Assembly: GCF_002113885.1 (NCBI RefSeq)
Contig: NW_018404771.1
Coordinates: 763,531-827,530, forward strand
Reading direction: 5' to 3'
Length of the DNA stretch: 64,000 nucleotides
Source: Mizuhopecten yessoensis
Lineage: Eukaryota
In this document: in pieces, positions 13,270 through 25,760 of the stretch
Numbering within the stretch: the stretch's first letter is position 1
How the letters are laid out: every line of letters starts with the position of its first letter
Program-made: the position numbers and the translations under genes
Notes under the pieces: generated by a model
What the model saw: only the letters and a program-made list of their open reading frames with translations
Database searches by the model: none
Told to the model about the DNA's origin: nothing

Positions 13270-14135
13270 CCGGCTCTAAACCTACCACTCCTGCTCACAA
13301 CAACGGCAAATATAAAGCTTATCTCCTACCAACAACGTCGATCAACCCCATATATGTCTGTTCTACTACCAGCGGAAGGTCAAATCTAAATGTATCTCTC
13401 TTCCTACTAACCAGTGACAGCTTTCCTTAAGTCTCTCCTACTGCCAGCAATAAAGACCAATCCAACATATATCAATCCGTCTACCAACAACGACATCCTA
13501 TCCTAAATCTGTGGTTCTCTCTACCAACTGCGAAAGCCATACCTAAATCTGTCTCTCCTTTTAACAAATAGGCGGCTTACACCGATTCTCTTTCTACTTC
13601 TACCGGAAACGATGGCAAATTTCAAATTTGTCTATTCTTCTGCACACATGGAAGATCAATTCTGAATATTTCATTCATTTTATTTACAAAAAGAGTGAAC
13701 CCCAGTCTGTTTCTTACAGTTATGACGAAAAACCTTATTCCTGTTTCTCCTTCGAATTCTATCAGCATAAGTGCCAATTGGAAATCGCTCCCTTCTACCA
13801 AGAATGGCGTCCACATCTAAAATCTGTGTTTCCATCAACTTGAAATGATGGTCAAACCTAAATGTGTCTCTCTCACCATCCCTTAATCCGTCTCTCTTTC
13901 TTCAAATAAGAACAACCATCCCTTAATCTGTCACTCCTTCTTCCAACAAGGACTACCAACCATAAATAGCCACTCCTTCATCCAACATGGACGACACACT
14001 CTAAATCTCTTTCTTTTTTCTTCCAACAAGGACTACTTATCCTTAATCTGTGTCCCCTTCTACCAGCCGATGCGAACTATTATAAGTCTTTCTCTTAACT
14101 AACAGAAAAATAAAAACCTTTCTATCCTACTGACC
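13270..14135. repeat. Old degenerate 40-bp minisatellite (~20 copies)
   Basis: Consensus approximately CCTAAATCTGTCTCTCCTTCTACCAACAAGGACGACCAAT. CCTAAATCT at 13502 and 13542 gives period 40. Confidence 0.75.
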
Positions 14136-14907
14136 GACAATGCTTGACAACTGTTAACTTGTCTCTAGAGCATTTCTAATGACCAGTCACGTACGCTACG
14201 TGTTGTATATATTAACTGTTGACGTTAAAAATGTAGGACAGCGCATTCAAATTCAAATTTTTATTAATAAATGCACAGTAACATTATTAATAAAAATTAA
14301 AGGTCAAAGCAATTCAATTAAGTTTTCCTTTGAAATATGTAATTGCCTTTGCGATTAACTTCGTTCATATAAAAGAAGCAGGTCGACAAACAGCCGTGAC
14401 ATTTGAGAAATCCAATAAAACAAGACTGACCAAAAAAGCAAAACAGCAATATGTTAGTCACGATTAATTTCCCGCGGAAATTGCTGTAATGTGTTACAGT
14501 GTCGTTTAAGAAAGCAACCAAGTATCAATTTCCTCAAATATAAAATAAGGAATGCGTGGAGGGCAATGACAGTGAAAACAAATAATTGGTACTTTCCGGC
14601 AAAACAAACGGAACGCATGGGTATTCAGGAAGTTAGACATTGACGAAAAAACGTCAAACGACATCAAACATGTCATTTAAGTCAGAAACATGCTTGTAAC
14701 ATATCTTTTATATCAATGTCAATCGGACGCTTGTTCCATTACAGTAACAATGAAACGCTTGTAACATTTAGATCGATTGTGTACTTTTGTCTCCTTCCAT
14801 CAGGCTCATCCAAACTTCCGGTTTTTAATATGCGATGAAATACAACATCAGTGAGATGTATCTATGTTTTTCAGTTTGTTTGTGTGACTTTCGATGGATC
14901 AGTAATT

Positions 14908-14925
14908 GACGACAGGGGGCGCTGT
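14908..14925 (+). promoter_or_regulatory. CTCF-like motif
   Basis: GACGACAGGGGGCGCTGT matches the CTCF core AGRKGGCGC plus the 3' flank. The 5' CCAS part is imperfect. Motif match only. Confidence 0.4.
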
Positions 14926-17159
14926 GCGTCGTCACCTCGTTGTGAAATGGTGACGACGATGATTGCGTTTTTGTTCCCACGACAAGAGAAGTAAACAACC
15001 CCCGCAGTCTCGGGATATTTGGAATGATGTTGAAGACATCATTGAGGGAACTAAATAGACCATTTACGTATTTTCTCGTTTCTTGTTTCTTACATTGGGG
15101 CCAAAATAGGGGTACATAGAAAGGAAAAGGGAGAATTCGATAGCACCACATGCCGAGATAAATTGGCAACATGAACAAAACTCTGCTGCAGAAGAATGAA
15201 CGAAATAAATTGATTTTACAGATGAAATGTCAATTTTATAACGCGCCTTTTCTCAAATAACTACAAGGCTAGAGGGAGCTTAAAGATTTGATTTTAGGAG
15301 CGATATCAGACTGTTTGAATTTCATTATATGAAATTCCCTCGGGGCCTCGATGATGGCTTGGTGGTAAATGTGGTTGGAAATGAAATTTTGTGATCGTTA
15401 TGGACACGTAATAGAATCTGCTCCGCGATTAATGGTAGGATAGGAAACGGAACACAATTAGCTGGTCTAGAGAGCCGTGATTCCCTAGTTAGCGCTGCAC
15501 ACTGAAAGTCCCGTGTCGGGGAAACTCAAAGGAACCTGGTGATGTTGTGACCTTTTATGGGAATCGTTTTTCTTCCTTCTTGGGGGTTCTGGGACACACT
15601 AATGCGCGGACATTTTTACATTACGTTTGAAATGTACATGATGTAATTTGCTCATATTTTTTTTTTACGTACATTTGTGTCCCCGAACTCAATTATAACG
15701 CCAAAATTTGCTGTACAAATGATAGCAGTGATACGGAATTTTACTCTTAGTCAAATTATGCATTTCATATAGTTGTGTTACAGGATACTGGGTCCCGGAA
15801 ATGTTTATAAACAATGTGATAGAAAAAGACGGAAAGGCAGACAGATAGTGCAGATCGAAAGATTGACAGACAATGTTGACAGACAGACAATTTGGTCAGA
15901 AAGGTCGGCGATGTTGGCAGACAGAAAGATGGACAGACACTTTCGAGAGGTGGACAAATACACATAGTGTCACATACCTGGGCCTAGTGTCCAACTTTCG
16001 GTTTTAACAAATTTGAATTTTGCCATCGTTATGATTGCAACTACGTCATATTTACCATAAAAAGAAAAAAATCAACTTACCGCAAAAATCTTTTTTTTTT
16101 TTTGTCAGCTTGGTTTCAGAAGATCTTAGTGACGGCATTTTCTTCATTAATAGCCTTGTCTGCTGACTAAATGTATTATATTTCGCGAAAGATACATTAC
16201 AACGAAGTTATTCTTATTCCTTTTATATATATATATATATATATATAAAATTCCAAACAACTAGAAAGATTTTTTTAACAGATTTTTACTCAAAGCGTAT
16301 GCGATACCCTTTATCGAGCCTCAATGTCACCAGTCTCGCTCTGCCCCAAGGGGTAGGGCTAAAGGACGACAACTTTCGTATGGATTAACCCATGGTAAAT
16401 GTCACAGATTATTGACATAATTGGAGTTTGTGCGGTCGCGATTCTTTTCTAACAATATATTCTGTGTGAGTGTATTTATGGTACAGGATCTCAAAAGGAT
16501 TGGCATCTGTGTGTGTCGCAATATCTTACGTAATTCTCATGACGAATCCTATTAAGCGGCGCGTATCTCGTGCAATTACGTTTCAGGTGTCGCTGTGACG
16601 TCATATAATGCGTATTATATATATTATCTGTATATATTTAATTTGCATACACATAATGCTGAATGCGAGGTTCATGAATCCCATGGAATGAACAATAATG
16701 TACAGTATCACTTAACAAAGGGTTTATGTAAATGTTCTGTGACATCTTCATCTTGATTGCATGTCTATCGTCTGCAATACGCGTCACAACTCCATGACGT
16801 CATTTCTTTTGTCCTCATTTGTCTGTCTCAATCGGTGACATTACATCAGATTCGATGTACATACGGGTATTAATGAAATGAGTATTTGTTGCATAACGCA
16901 GTAATCAAATGTCTGTGACATTATTTGTTATAATAAGGGTTGTATAATTTGATTTAACATTTAATTGTGTTATGACTGTATATGTGCTTAATTATCCGCG
17001 GGAAAAAAATCAAAACATATTTCTTTTTCAATTTTCATATTGCCGATTCAATTTTATTAAAATATTCAGATGTGCATGACATAAAAATGAAAGGAAAGAT
17101 TGAAACTGTTTCTGGTAAATCGCAGCAATGCTAGGCAAAAGTAGAAAACCAGCATTCGG

Positions 17160-17350
17160 GTGGTCGGTGTTTAATTCTCCGATCGGAGGTGAAGTCACTT
17201 GCTCAACAATGTGCGTTCTATTCGGGTATTCCGGTTTCCTTCCAAAATAAGACCATCTGCGCAATTACACCTGGGCCAGCCAGAGTGATCAATATTAATA
17301 TGAGTTGGAAAAACCTTGTCTCATATTTTTTTTTTGCAAAATAAAAGTGT
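17160..17350 (+). mobile_element. Decayed V-domain SINE (second family)
   Basis: GTCACTTGCTCAACAATGTGCGTTCTATTCGGGTATTCCGGTTTCCTTCC...AAGACC...CTGGGCC...GAGTGAT...GAGTTG. Collinear with 1993-2150. Confidence 0.6.
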
Positions 17351-17627
17351 ATTATTAAATGTTCCGAGAGTTTAAAAACGTTCAACATGAGGCAGACGCC
17401 TCTAGAACTTATGCGGGTTATTAAGTGTCATCAATACATACATTCTTTCTCCTTCTTTATCATCAATGAAGACATTGCGTTCACAATGTCATGCAATTAT
17501 TTGTTTTACGAGTTAATTTAAGCAAGGAAATATGTTTTTTTCAAATTCGTGATTTAAATTTCACGAGTCTCCTTTTTATAAAAAAAAAATGCACGTTTAA
17601 ATATACATGATCGCTAAATTGAAAAAT

Positions 17628-17945
17628 TCTTAGACTCGTTTCATAAATCTCATATGATATGAAAACGAATGTAAGATCCTTTTTATCACATAATCAAGAT
17701 TTGTGACATTTATTCGTGCAAAACGACAATTTTCATGCAACCTTGAAATGTAAAAAGCCGTCATTTTGACTCCAGTGCGTAAGTCTATGACGTCATCTAC
17801 TTGTCCTAGGCGTGACGTCACAATTGAAACTATTGAAACTTACAACTAATGACAGGGCTGATAGGTCATATGACAAGGGTTAATACGCAAACAAATATGA
17901 TATTGGTATAATCACTGGGTAACACAGTACAGTATGTGATAAAAC
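17628..17945. mobile_element. Possible non-autonomous Crypton-like or inverted-repeat element remnant
   Basis: Perfect 12-bp inverted pair TTTTATCACATA (17681-17692) / TATGTGATAAAA (17933-17944) around two TGACGTCA palindromes. The family assignment is recalled resemblance only. Confidence 0.35.
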
Positions 17946-18221
17946 GATATTCGTGCCACGGCAAGGAGATGCAGATATCGTAACGTACTATTCTGTAGTG
18001 TATGCAATGCAACCCGCATAGCTGTTAAGAATCCCCGTACCAATGCAAAAAACTGTTACAGGCATTCGAAACTGCATGGGTTTAGGGCAATGCCATGTAC
18101 ACTAACTTGATAAATCAGTTCTTTGCAGAATATCTTCCATTGTCGGACTTTTTTGAAAAATAATTATGACGAAAGAACAAATTTTAATCAACAGCAGTGT
18201 TCTGAGTGTAAAAATTTAGCG

Positions 18222-18298
18222 GGGCTAGACCGGGATTTGAACCTAGGACTTCAGACTGTTATATTTATAATCGCTCTGACCGATTGACCTACCTGATC
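18222..18298 (-). mobile_element. tRNA-derived SINE head
   Basis: Minus strand: TAGGTCAATCGGTCAGAGCG (A box) ... GAAGTCCTAGGTTCAAATCCCGGTCTAGCCCC (B box). A related B-box fragment lies on + at 36274-36304. Confidence 0.6.
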
Positions 18299-21200
18299 AA
18301 CGGAAGTGTCTTTGGCATCATTGTACGACAGTAATAGCCAAATGTACGAGAGAAAAAAAACAAAGTGCAGAAGGACATAGGTCCTTAAATAAACGAATGT
18401 ATTTGTTTATTGGTTCACGCTCCGTTACCTCCGTCAGTCCGGAACACTGTGAATGACTGAATGTATCAGACTGATGGTTTGTGTCAGACCCAACGCCGTG
18501 ATATACACGGAAGGGGCGATAACCTCTCCCCCGGTACACTACGCCACCTACTGGCTGTTGTAAACAAATGGGAGATAATCTCGCTCACATGCCAAGACCT
18601 ATTAAGATAAGCCTGGTAATTTATCCTTCGTGCTCTGTTGTTATATCCGTTCCATGTAACGGTTAGTGTGGATTTCATTGCTGCATTTGTTTTAATTTGG
18701 TTGAAAAAAACCCAACGCTGACAGATATGAGGTGTTCTTTAAAGACACACCCGAAACATCCATCTAGAAACAGTGTACATCTTAAAAAATAACCCGTACC
18801 GTGATCGGAAACGTTGTTACTCATTACGCGTCTGTCAAGCAATAGATAACAGAATTGGGGCGGCTGTCTTTTAGTCAACAATTACTGGTGAATTACAGTA
18901 GAGAGTAACTGCAGGGTTTCCAACGACTCAACGATCAGATCTCCTCTCTCATTTCCAATCAGTCAATATATTTTTGCTTGAATATTCTCAATATTTTATG
19001 ATTAAAATCTAATTGATAACTTCCTGACCACAAACGCTTGGTTCTCGGTTATTTTACTATACAAGGTCTATAACACCACCTATTGTCCTCAGTTGTTGTC
19101 TTTTACTTCTGGACCTATGATCGAATGGGTCTCGGTCCTGTACCTCTAAAGGGGCTTTCAGACCACGCATGCGCCAGGTTCGTATAAATATGTTTGAAAA
19201 ACATAGTACAAAAATAAACTTAAAAACAGTTTTGTGAAATTTAAGTGCTTACATTTTGCTTTGTAATGTAGATGGCGCTTGTTACTATACACGATCTTGG
19301 GGAATGGATTTGTCACATGCGGGTTTTCCCTCTAGAATTGAAGCTTTGTCGTAAATGGTAATGTTATTTGTTTTTAATACAACGTACACCTTTGTCATGT
19401 ACATACTTATAAATAATTTAAAATGTCATTACCACAAAATGTATCGTTACAGTTAAAACAACCAACCCTAACGTCTGTTATATAATATATATCACTTAAG
19501 AAAAGCCAGGAGACTTTAAAATAAACATACAAAGTATGTCTGCTACCATAAATGATGGATGAATAGGATCTTGCTTGACACTTGACCTTTTAACGCCAGC
19601 TATATCAATCCGCGCTGACAATGTAATCCCACAATGTAGCTCATGGATCGTCGCCTTAGTTCTATATATAGGTCGGAATATATGATAAGTGGTGGGGAAT
19701 ACCTACAAAGATGATATTATCGCTGATGGCTTTGTTAACAGCCCTTACCTCTGACGAGGCGCCGACAGAAGGAGATTAGAGAGCTCGTATCCCCCCATTA
19801 ATTAATCAACGCTCCATATTTAAGAAGTTAGTGTTCATGACCACACATATCCGGGATTTACCCGCGCCATTTTCCCCTCCTGTCGTAAGGATTACGCCTT
19901 GGACCTGCTATGGTTTCCTGCCCGGTTTGTGCCTAAAAGACCACTCGATATAACTTATCATGATTAAAATTTCTCGTTTTCCTTGGAAATGCATTTATTA
20001 TTCCCCTTTGCCAACGACCGAAATGAATTCGGGATCGTTGAAACACTTTTCAATAATTCATCTATGTTACAACGACGCTTGAGTGTGCCCTTCATCAATC
20101 TTTTTCCCATCTTCTCGTGTGTATTTGCAAAATCTCAAATCTAATCTTTAAATTTAGAAGCAATTGATATTTTTTTCTCTGTAAAGCGCTATCCATCATT
20201 CCATCTTGATGGGTTGGGCTGCCAATCGAAAAGGCATACTTTATCCGTGACTTAATTTCCTGCAAAAGGATTACAATTGAATGAACGCTGCCGTTGCAAT
20301 ATTTCTAGGGAACACTTGTAACAGGTTTGGGTGTGAAATATCATCATGGACTGGTCGCCAAGGCCTACGTCTCAAGTGTAACAACAGATTTATCCGTCCA
20401 TTCGTCCAGGTGAGGAAGAGGGCTTCTAGCTAAATTGACGCTGAAAATTGTTTTGTATCAACATCTTAAGATTTATTTCGCTTATCCAAGAAAGCAAGTA
20501 ATGACCAGTTCATTCTCTCTCTCATTTATTCAATTAACCGCCATAGAAATTGAAAAAAGCACCGTTCAATCCTTATATCTACATTCTAAAATTTTAGTTA
20601 TTATTGACCTTAATACAGACAAAATATATTCGCATATTTAACAGCCTAACGTCACCAAAATGTTTGCTTCCAACGGTTATCTCATTTTATTCGAAGCTGG
20701 AAAAGAAGCCTCAAAAGGACACTGATCAAATTGCGTTCATAGCTCTATGCTTATAACGAGGAACTGTAAAATATAGCTATATAACCACTGGATAACATTA
20801 ACTTTACGATTGTCTGCTCGATACATTAAAGAATATCACTCGGTAATCGTACTGTGAAGCTAACATAACTCTTTTTTTGTGTCTTTACCTCAGAATACCG
20901 ATCTGTTCATGGGATCCCCTGAAAAGCGCTTTATCGAGTTTGATTATAACTCTTTCAACATGAATTCCACTCAGAAATACTGATGATTTAGATGTCATAA
21001 TTAGAAGTACACTTTAAATGGAGTACACACAGAACAAATGTACTTTAGTAATGAAGAAAAATGAGCTGGAATGGCCGTGTGCGGATAATTGGCTTTATTG
21101 GGAAGGGGGAGGGGGAGGGAGGGAACAAGGAAGCGCCAGTATATTTCAAGACGTTTTATAACCAGGATGTGATTGGTCAAGGGAATTACGACCAGCATTT

Positions 21201-22684
21201 TCGTTAGTGTACTTAATAGATTAAGAGATTCTTCTGTAACGCTGTGACGTGTGGGTATGTACTACAACATAGCTTCACCGCCGAAATAAATAAAAAAATA
21301 TATAAATGGCATAATATAACCTCATAAACATTTTAACGGTATATATACGTTCGTGGCGTAAAGCAACGAAACGCTTAAGTTATGAATCCATCCAGCTGAT
21401 TTACGCACGGTCCGTGACAGCTTTATATACAGACAGTGTAAGACAGATGTGGGGCATTACCATTGTAGCTTTCTTGTACAGCCACAGGGAGAACTCTACT
21501 AAGGCGGTTAGAGACAGCCCCACTGAAATACACAAACTTGTACATCTTGCTTAGTTTCAGCACATGAAACTCACAATTCGATCTTTTTTCTGTTATAATT
21601 TAGATGTACTCGTCATTGATGACATACGCTTTTGATAAAGTCATTGCCGATTTTTAGACAGATTCGAGATAATATTATGATGTGCCCGATATGAGAATAT
21701 AATTCCACTCAATTTTGTCAAAGATGAACGAATATCTGCGTGAAATTGATTTCTACAATAAAATTTGTAATTTTTGCTTTTATTTCTATAGTAATATCTG
21801 TGACCATTTTAGCTTTGTGCTTAATTATGTGAACAGTTTTTAACATTTAACCATTCAGTTTCGTTTTAGTGTATTACGTTTTGTAATTGTCCGTTATAAT
21901 TGTTATCACGTCCGATATGACTTCACCGGTGTTGTTGGACCTAAATAAAAACTATGTATATTAATTATATATACAAATAAAAATAAATAAAAAGTGACAA
22001 GAGTTTCTTAGTACCGCCCTTGATCACTTGGTAATCGTGCTGTGATGCTAAAAGAAAGATTATTTTTGTCTTTACCTCAGAATACTAGGAAATTCCTGTC
22101 ATTTGTTTATTATATTCAAGCATCACAAGGATTTTGCATGTTTTACTAATTATACATTATGCTGGGATGTACGTCATAGTCCTAATTCAGTACCTGCAAC
22201 CCTCAAAAACCTTTGTTTTCCGTCATGACTTACGCTCTTGATGAAAAAACATGTAGTTAACAGATTATTATTTCTCTAAATGAGTTGTTTTCTACACAAA
22301 CATACGTGTACGGACCAGTACGTTACCGTACTTTGTGCCCCTATTGAAATAGAAACTTGTGTGATTACGACCGTTTAGAAGCCTGAATTCAAAGCAGATG
22401 ATATATAAAGTCGTATAATTAGGAAACAAGCATTCAAAACATGATTATGACTCATTTGTATATCTACCGTTCCAATATCACGATTTGGCGAGCTTCATCA
22501 TAGGTTTAATTATCTTTATCATACAGTGTAATTATTTACAGAGTGATCTTCGAGCGTAAACAAATAAACAAACCATTCTTCGATGATTAATACAAAAATA
22601 CGAAAGATATGTTAAAGAACTGATTTTTGATCATGCATCAAGTATTGTAAATATTTTATCAAAGACTGGACAAAAATATGAGGT

Positions 22685-22950
22685 AAAGTTTGGTCAAAGG
22701 TTGGTTAGAGTGAACCAATGGTTAGGGAAAACTTATACTACCAAATCAAAACATCTGACATCGTTTCAGTGCTTTAGATGTGTTGAGACAGATCAGGTTT
22801 AATGTGTTTTTAGAATTCATTAGGTTTTACAAAACCCTGTTTTTAGTGGCCCTACTTTTAGTGTCAACACTTTGAATGTTTCATTAGATACAAATTAAAG
22901 TTAACCAACCTTTGAATAACTGGTTAACTAACCTTTGAATAACTGGAGCT
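22685..22950. mobile_element. PIF/Harbinger-type MITE remnant with a duplicated right end
   Basis: Left TCAAAGGTTGGTTA is the reverse complement of right TAACCAACCTTTGA. The right end GTTAAC.AACCTTTGAATAACTG is tandemly duplicated. Confidence 0.55.
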
Positions 22951-24109
22951 AGAGCGGTTTGTTATCAATTTTTAAAATAGCGGGTATTTAAGTGTTTTGA
23001 AACATGTACCATTGAGGCACAAGACCTACGGTCAGTTAGCTAGAAGACCAGTAGCTTAATCAAGTGACCAATCCGCTAATAATCACGGGCAAGACCGAAG
23101 GAAAGGACTAGACAAATTAAAACGCAGACATCCTTGAGCTATAATATCTTGTTTGACAAAAAGTGTAATTTCAGTTCGCGCGTCGAGCATTTTTCTCTCG
23201 GATAAATGTTCACACTATCTAAATAAGAAAACGTCAAACATAACAAGAGGTCCGTGTTAGCAATGAATGCCCAATGACAAAAGGTTAATATCAAAACTCG
23301 CATTAAATGACGCCCGGTCCTATTGACTACTGCGATAGGCATGCAAAACGAATTGACCCAATCTGCCTAGCTGTACTAATATGTAACGACATCATGGGAA
23401 GCAATCCTGCTAATTCAACTACATATATAGTTTTAAGAACACAATGCTTATGGATCATCGGGTTATTCAAGGCTCCGACAAAGGTTTAGCTTTCAATCTT
23501 TTTACAGTGTGGCTCTAGTATACCTCAACACTCGTGTTTCAAAATACACTCAAATATCTCAGTAAGACCGTTTTTTAAAGCTGTCTTTCGTCAGGTCTCC
23601 GGGGCCTCGTAGACTGCTCGACGGTGTCCCCTTATGTAGATATCTCGCTTTTACTTGCAATTACTCAGAGATATATCAGCGAGACCTGTCTGCTGCTGAT
23701 CCAACATCTGAAAATCCATTTGAAGAAAAAACAACAAATTAAGTGGCACGCCAATGGCTTCATGTTGCAGACCATTCCTGGATAAAAAGTACCTTTGAAA
23801 ATGAGTTGAAATTTAACAGACAAAGGAATGAAAGTGAAACATAAGTTCAAAATATGAGGAAATACAATAGATCTATAGGGGGCTAAATATAAAGAGAAAC
23901 GAAAGGGAGAATGAAAAATGATTAAAGAGAGACATTTAAGAAAGACGTGAATAGAGAAATGAAAAAGAGAGAGGATGGGCTAAACATAGAGAAATAAAGG
24001 AAATCTAGGAGACTAAATTTGTGGAGGAATAGGGGAGAGACTGAAATCTACTGTACGAAAGTATAGAAAGGAATAAAGAAGAGATAACATCTTCTTAAAG
24101 AAATAAAGA

Positions 24110-25760
24110 AATAGAGAAGAGACGGACATCTACGAAAATATAGAGAGAAATAGAGGAATGACTGAAATATACGAAAATAAAGAGAGGAATAGATCTAGAG
24201 GAGAGACGGAAATATACTTGAATATAGAGAGGAATAGAGTAGAGACAGATATACTAAAATATAGAGAGGAATAGAGGAGAGACTGAGATAAACTAAAATA
24301 TAGAGAGGAATAGAGGAGAGACTGAGAAATACTAAAATATACAGAGGAATAGAGGAGAGACTGAGATAAACTAAAATATAGAGAGGAATAGAGGAGAGAC
24401 TGAGATAAACTAAAATATAGAGAGGAATAGAGGAGAGACTGAGATATACTAAAATATACAGAGGAATAGAGGAGAGACTGAGATAAACTAAAATATAGAG
24501 AGGAATAGAGGAGAGACTGAGATAAACTAAAATATAGAGAGGAATAGAGGAGAGACTGAGATATACTAAAATATAGAGAGGAATAGAGGAGAGACTGAGA
24601 TATACTAAAATATAGAGAGGAATAGAGGAGAGACTGAGATATACTAAAATATAGAGAGGAATAGAGGAGAGACTGAGATATACTAAAATATAGAGAGGAA
24701 TAGAGGAGAGACTGAGATATACTAAAATATAGAGAGGAATAGAGGAGAGACTGAGATATACTAAAATATAGAGAGGAATAGAGGAGAGACTGAGATATAC
24801 TAAAATATAGAGAGGAATAGAGGAGAGACTGAGATATACTAAAATATAGAGAGGAATAGAGGAGAGACAGATATACTAAAATATAGAGAGGAATAGAGGA
24901 GAGATTGAGATATACTAAAATATAGAGAGGAATAGAGGAGAGACAGATATACTAAAACATAGAGAGGAATAGAGGAGAGACTGAGATATACTAAAATATA
25001 GAGAGAAATAGGGGAGAGACTGAGATAAACTAAAACATAGAGAGGAATAGAGGAGAGACTGAGATATACTAACATATAGAGAGGAATAGAGGAGAGACTG
25101 AGATATACTAAAATATAGAGAGGAATAGAGGAGAGACTGAGATAAACTAAAACATAGAGAGGAATAGAGGAGAGGCTGAAATATACGAAAATATAGAGAG
25201 AAATAGAGGAGAGACTGAGATATACTAAAACATAGAGAGGAATAGAGGAGAGACTGAGATATACTAAAATATAGAGAGGAATAGAGGAGAGACCGAGATA
25301 TACTAAAATATAAAGGGGGAGATAGGGGAGAGACTGAGATATACTAAAATATAGAGAGGAATAGAGGAGAGACTGAGATATACTAAAATAGAGAGAGGAA
25401 TAGAGGAGAGTCTGAAAACTAAAATATAGAGAGAAATAGGGGAGAGACTGAGATATGCTAAAATATAGAGAGGAATAGAGTAGAGACAGATATACTAAAA
25501 TATAGAGAGGAATAGAGGAGAGACAGATATACTAAAATATAGAGAGGAATAGAGGACAGACTGAGATATACTAAAATATAGAGAGAAATAGAGGAGAGAC
25601 TGAGATATACTAAAATATAGAGAGGAATAGAGGAGAGACTGAGATATACTAAAATGTAGAGAGGAGTAGATGAGAGACAGATATACTAAAATATAGAGAG
25701 GAATAGAGGAGAGACTGAAATCTAAGTAAATAATTATAGAGAGGAATAGAGGAGAGGCAA
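24110..25760. repeat. 39-bp purine-rich minisatellite (~40 copies)
   Basis: Unit GAGACTGAGATATACTAAAATATAGAGAGGAATAGAGGA, period 39, with 37-bp GAGACAGATA variants. Near-perfect centre; the degenerate left flank extends to ~23860. Confidence 0.97.

Noticed and set aside
24839-25075. 78-aa ORF of repeated YLSLSSIPLYILV
   Set aside because: By-product of the 39-bp (13-codon) minisatellite; there is no evidence of coding function.
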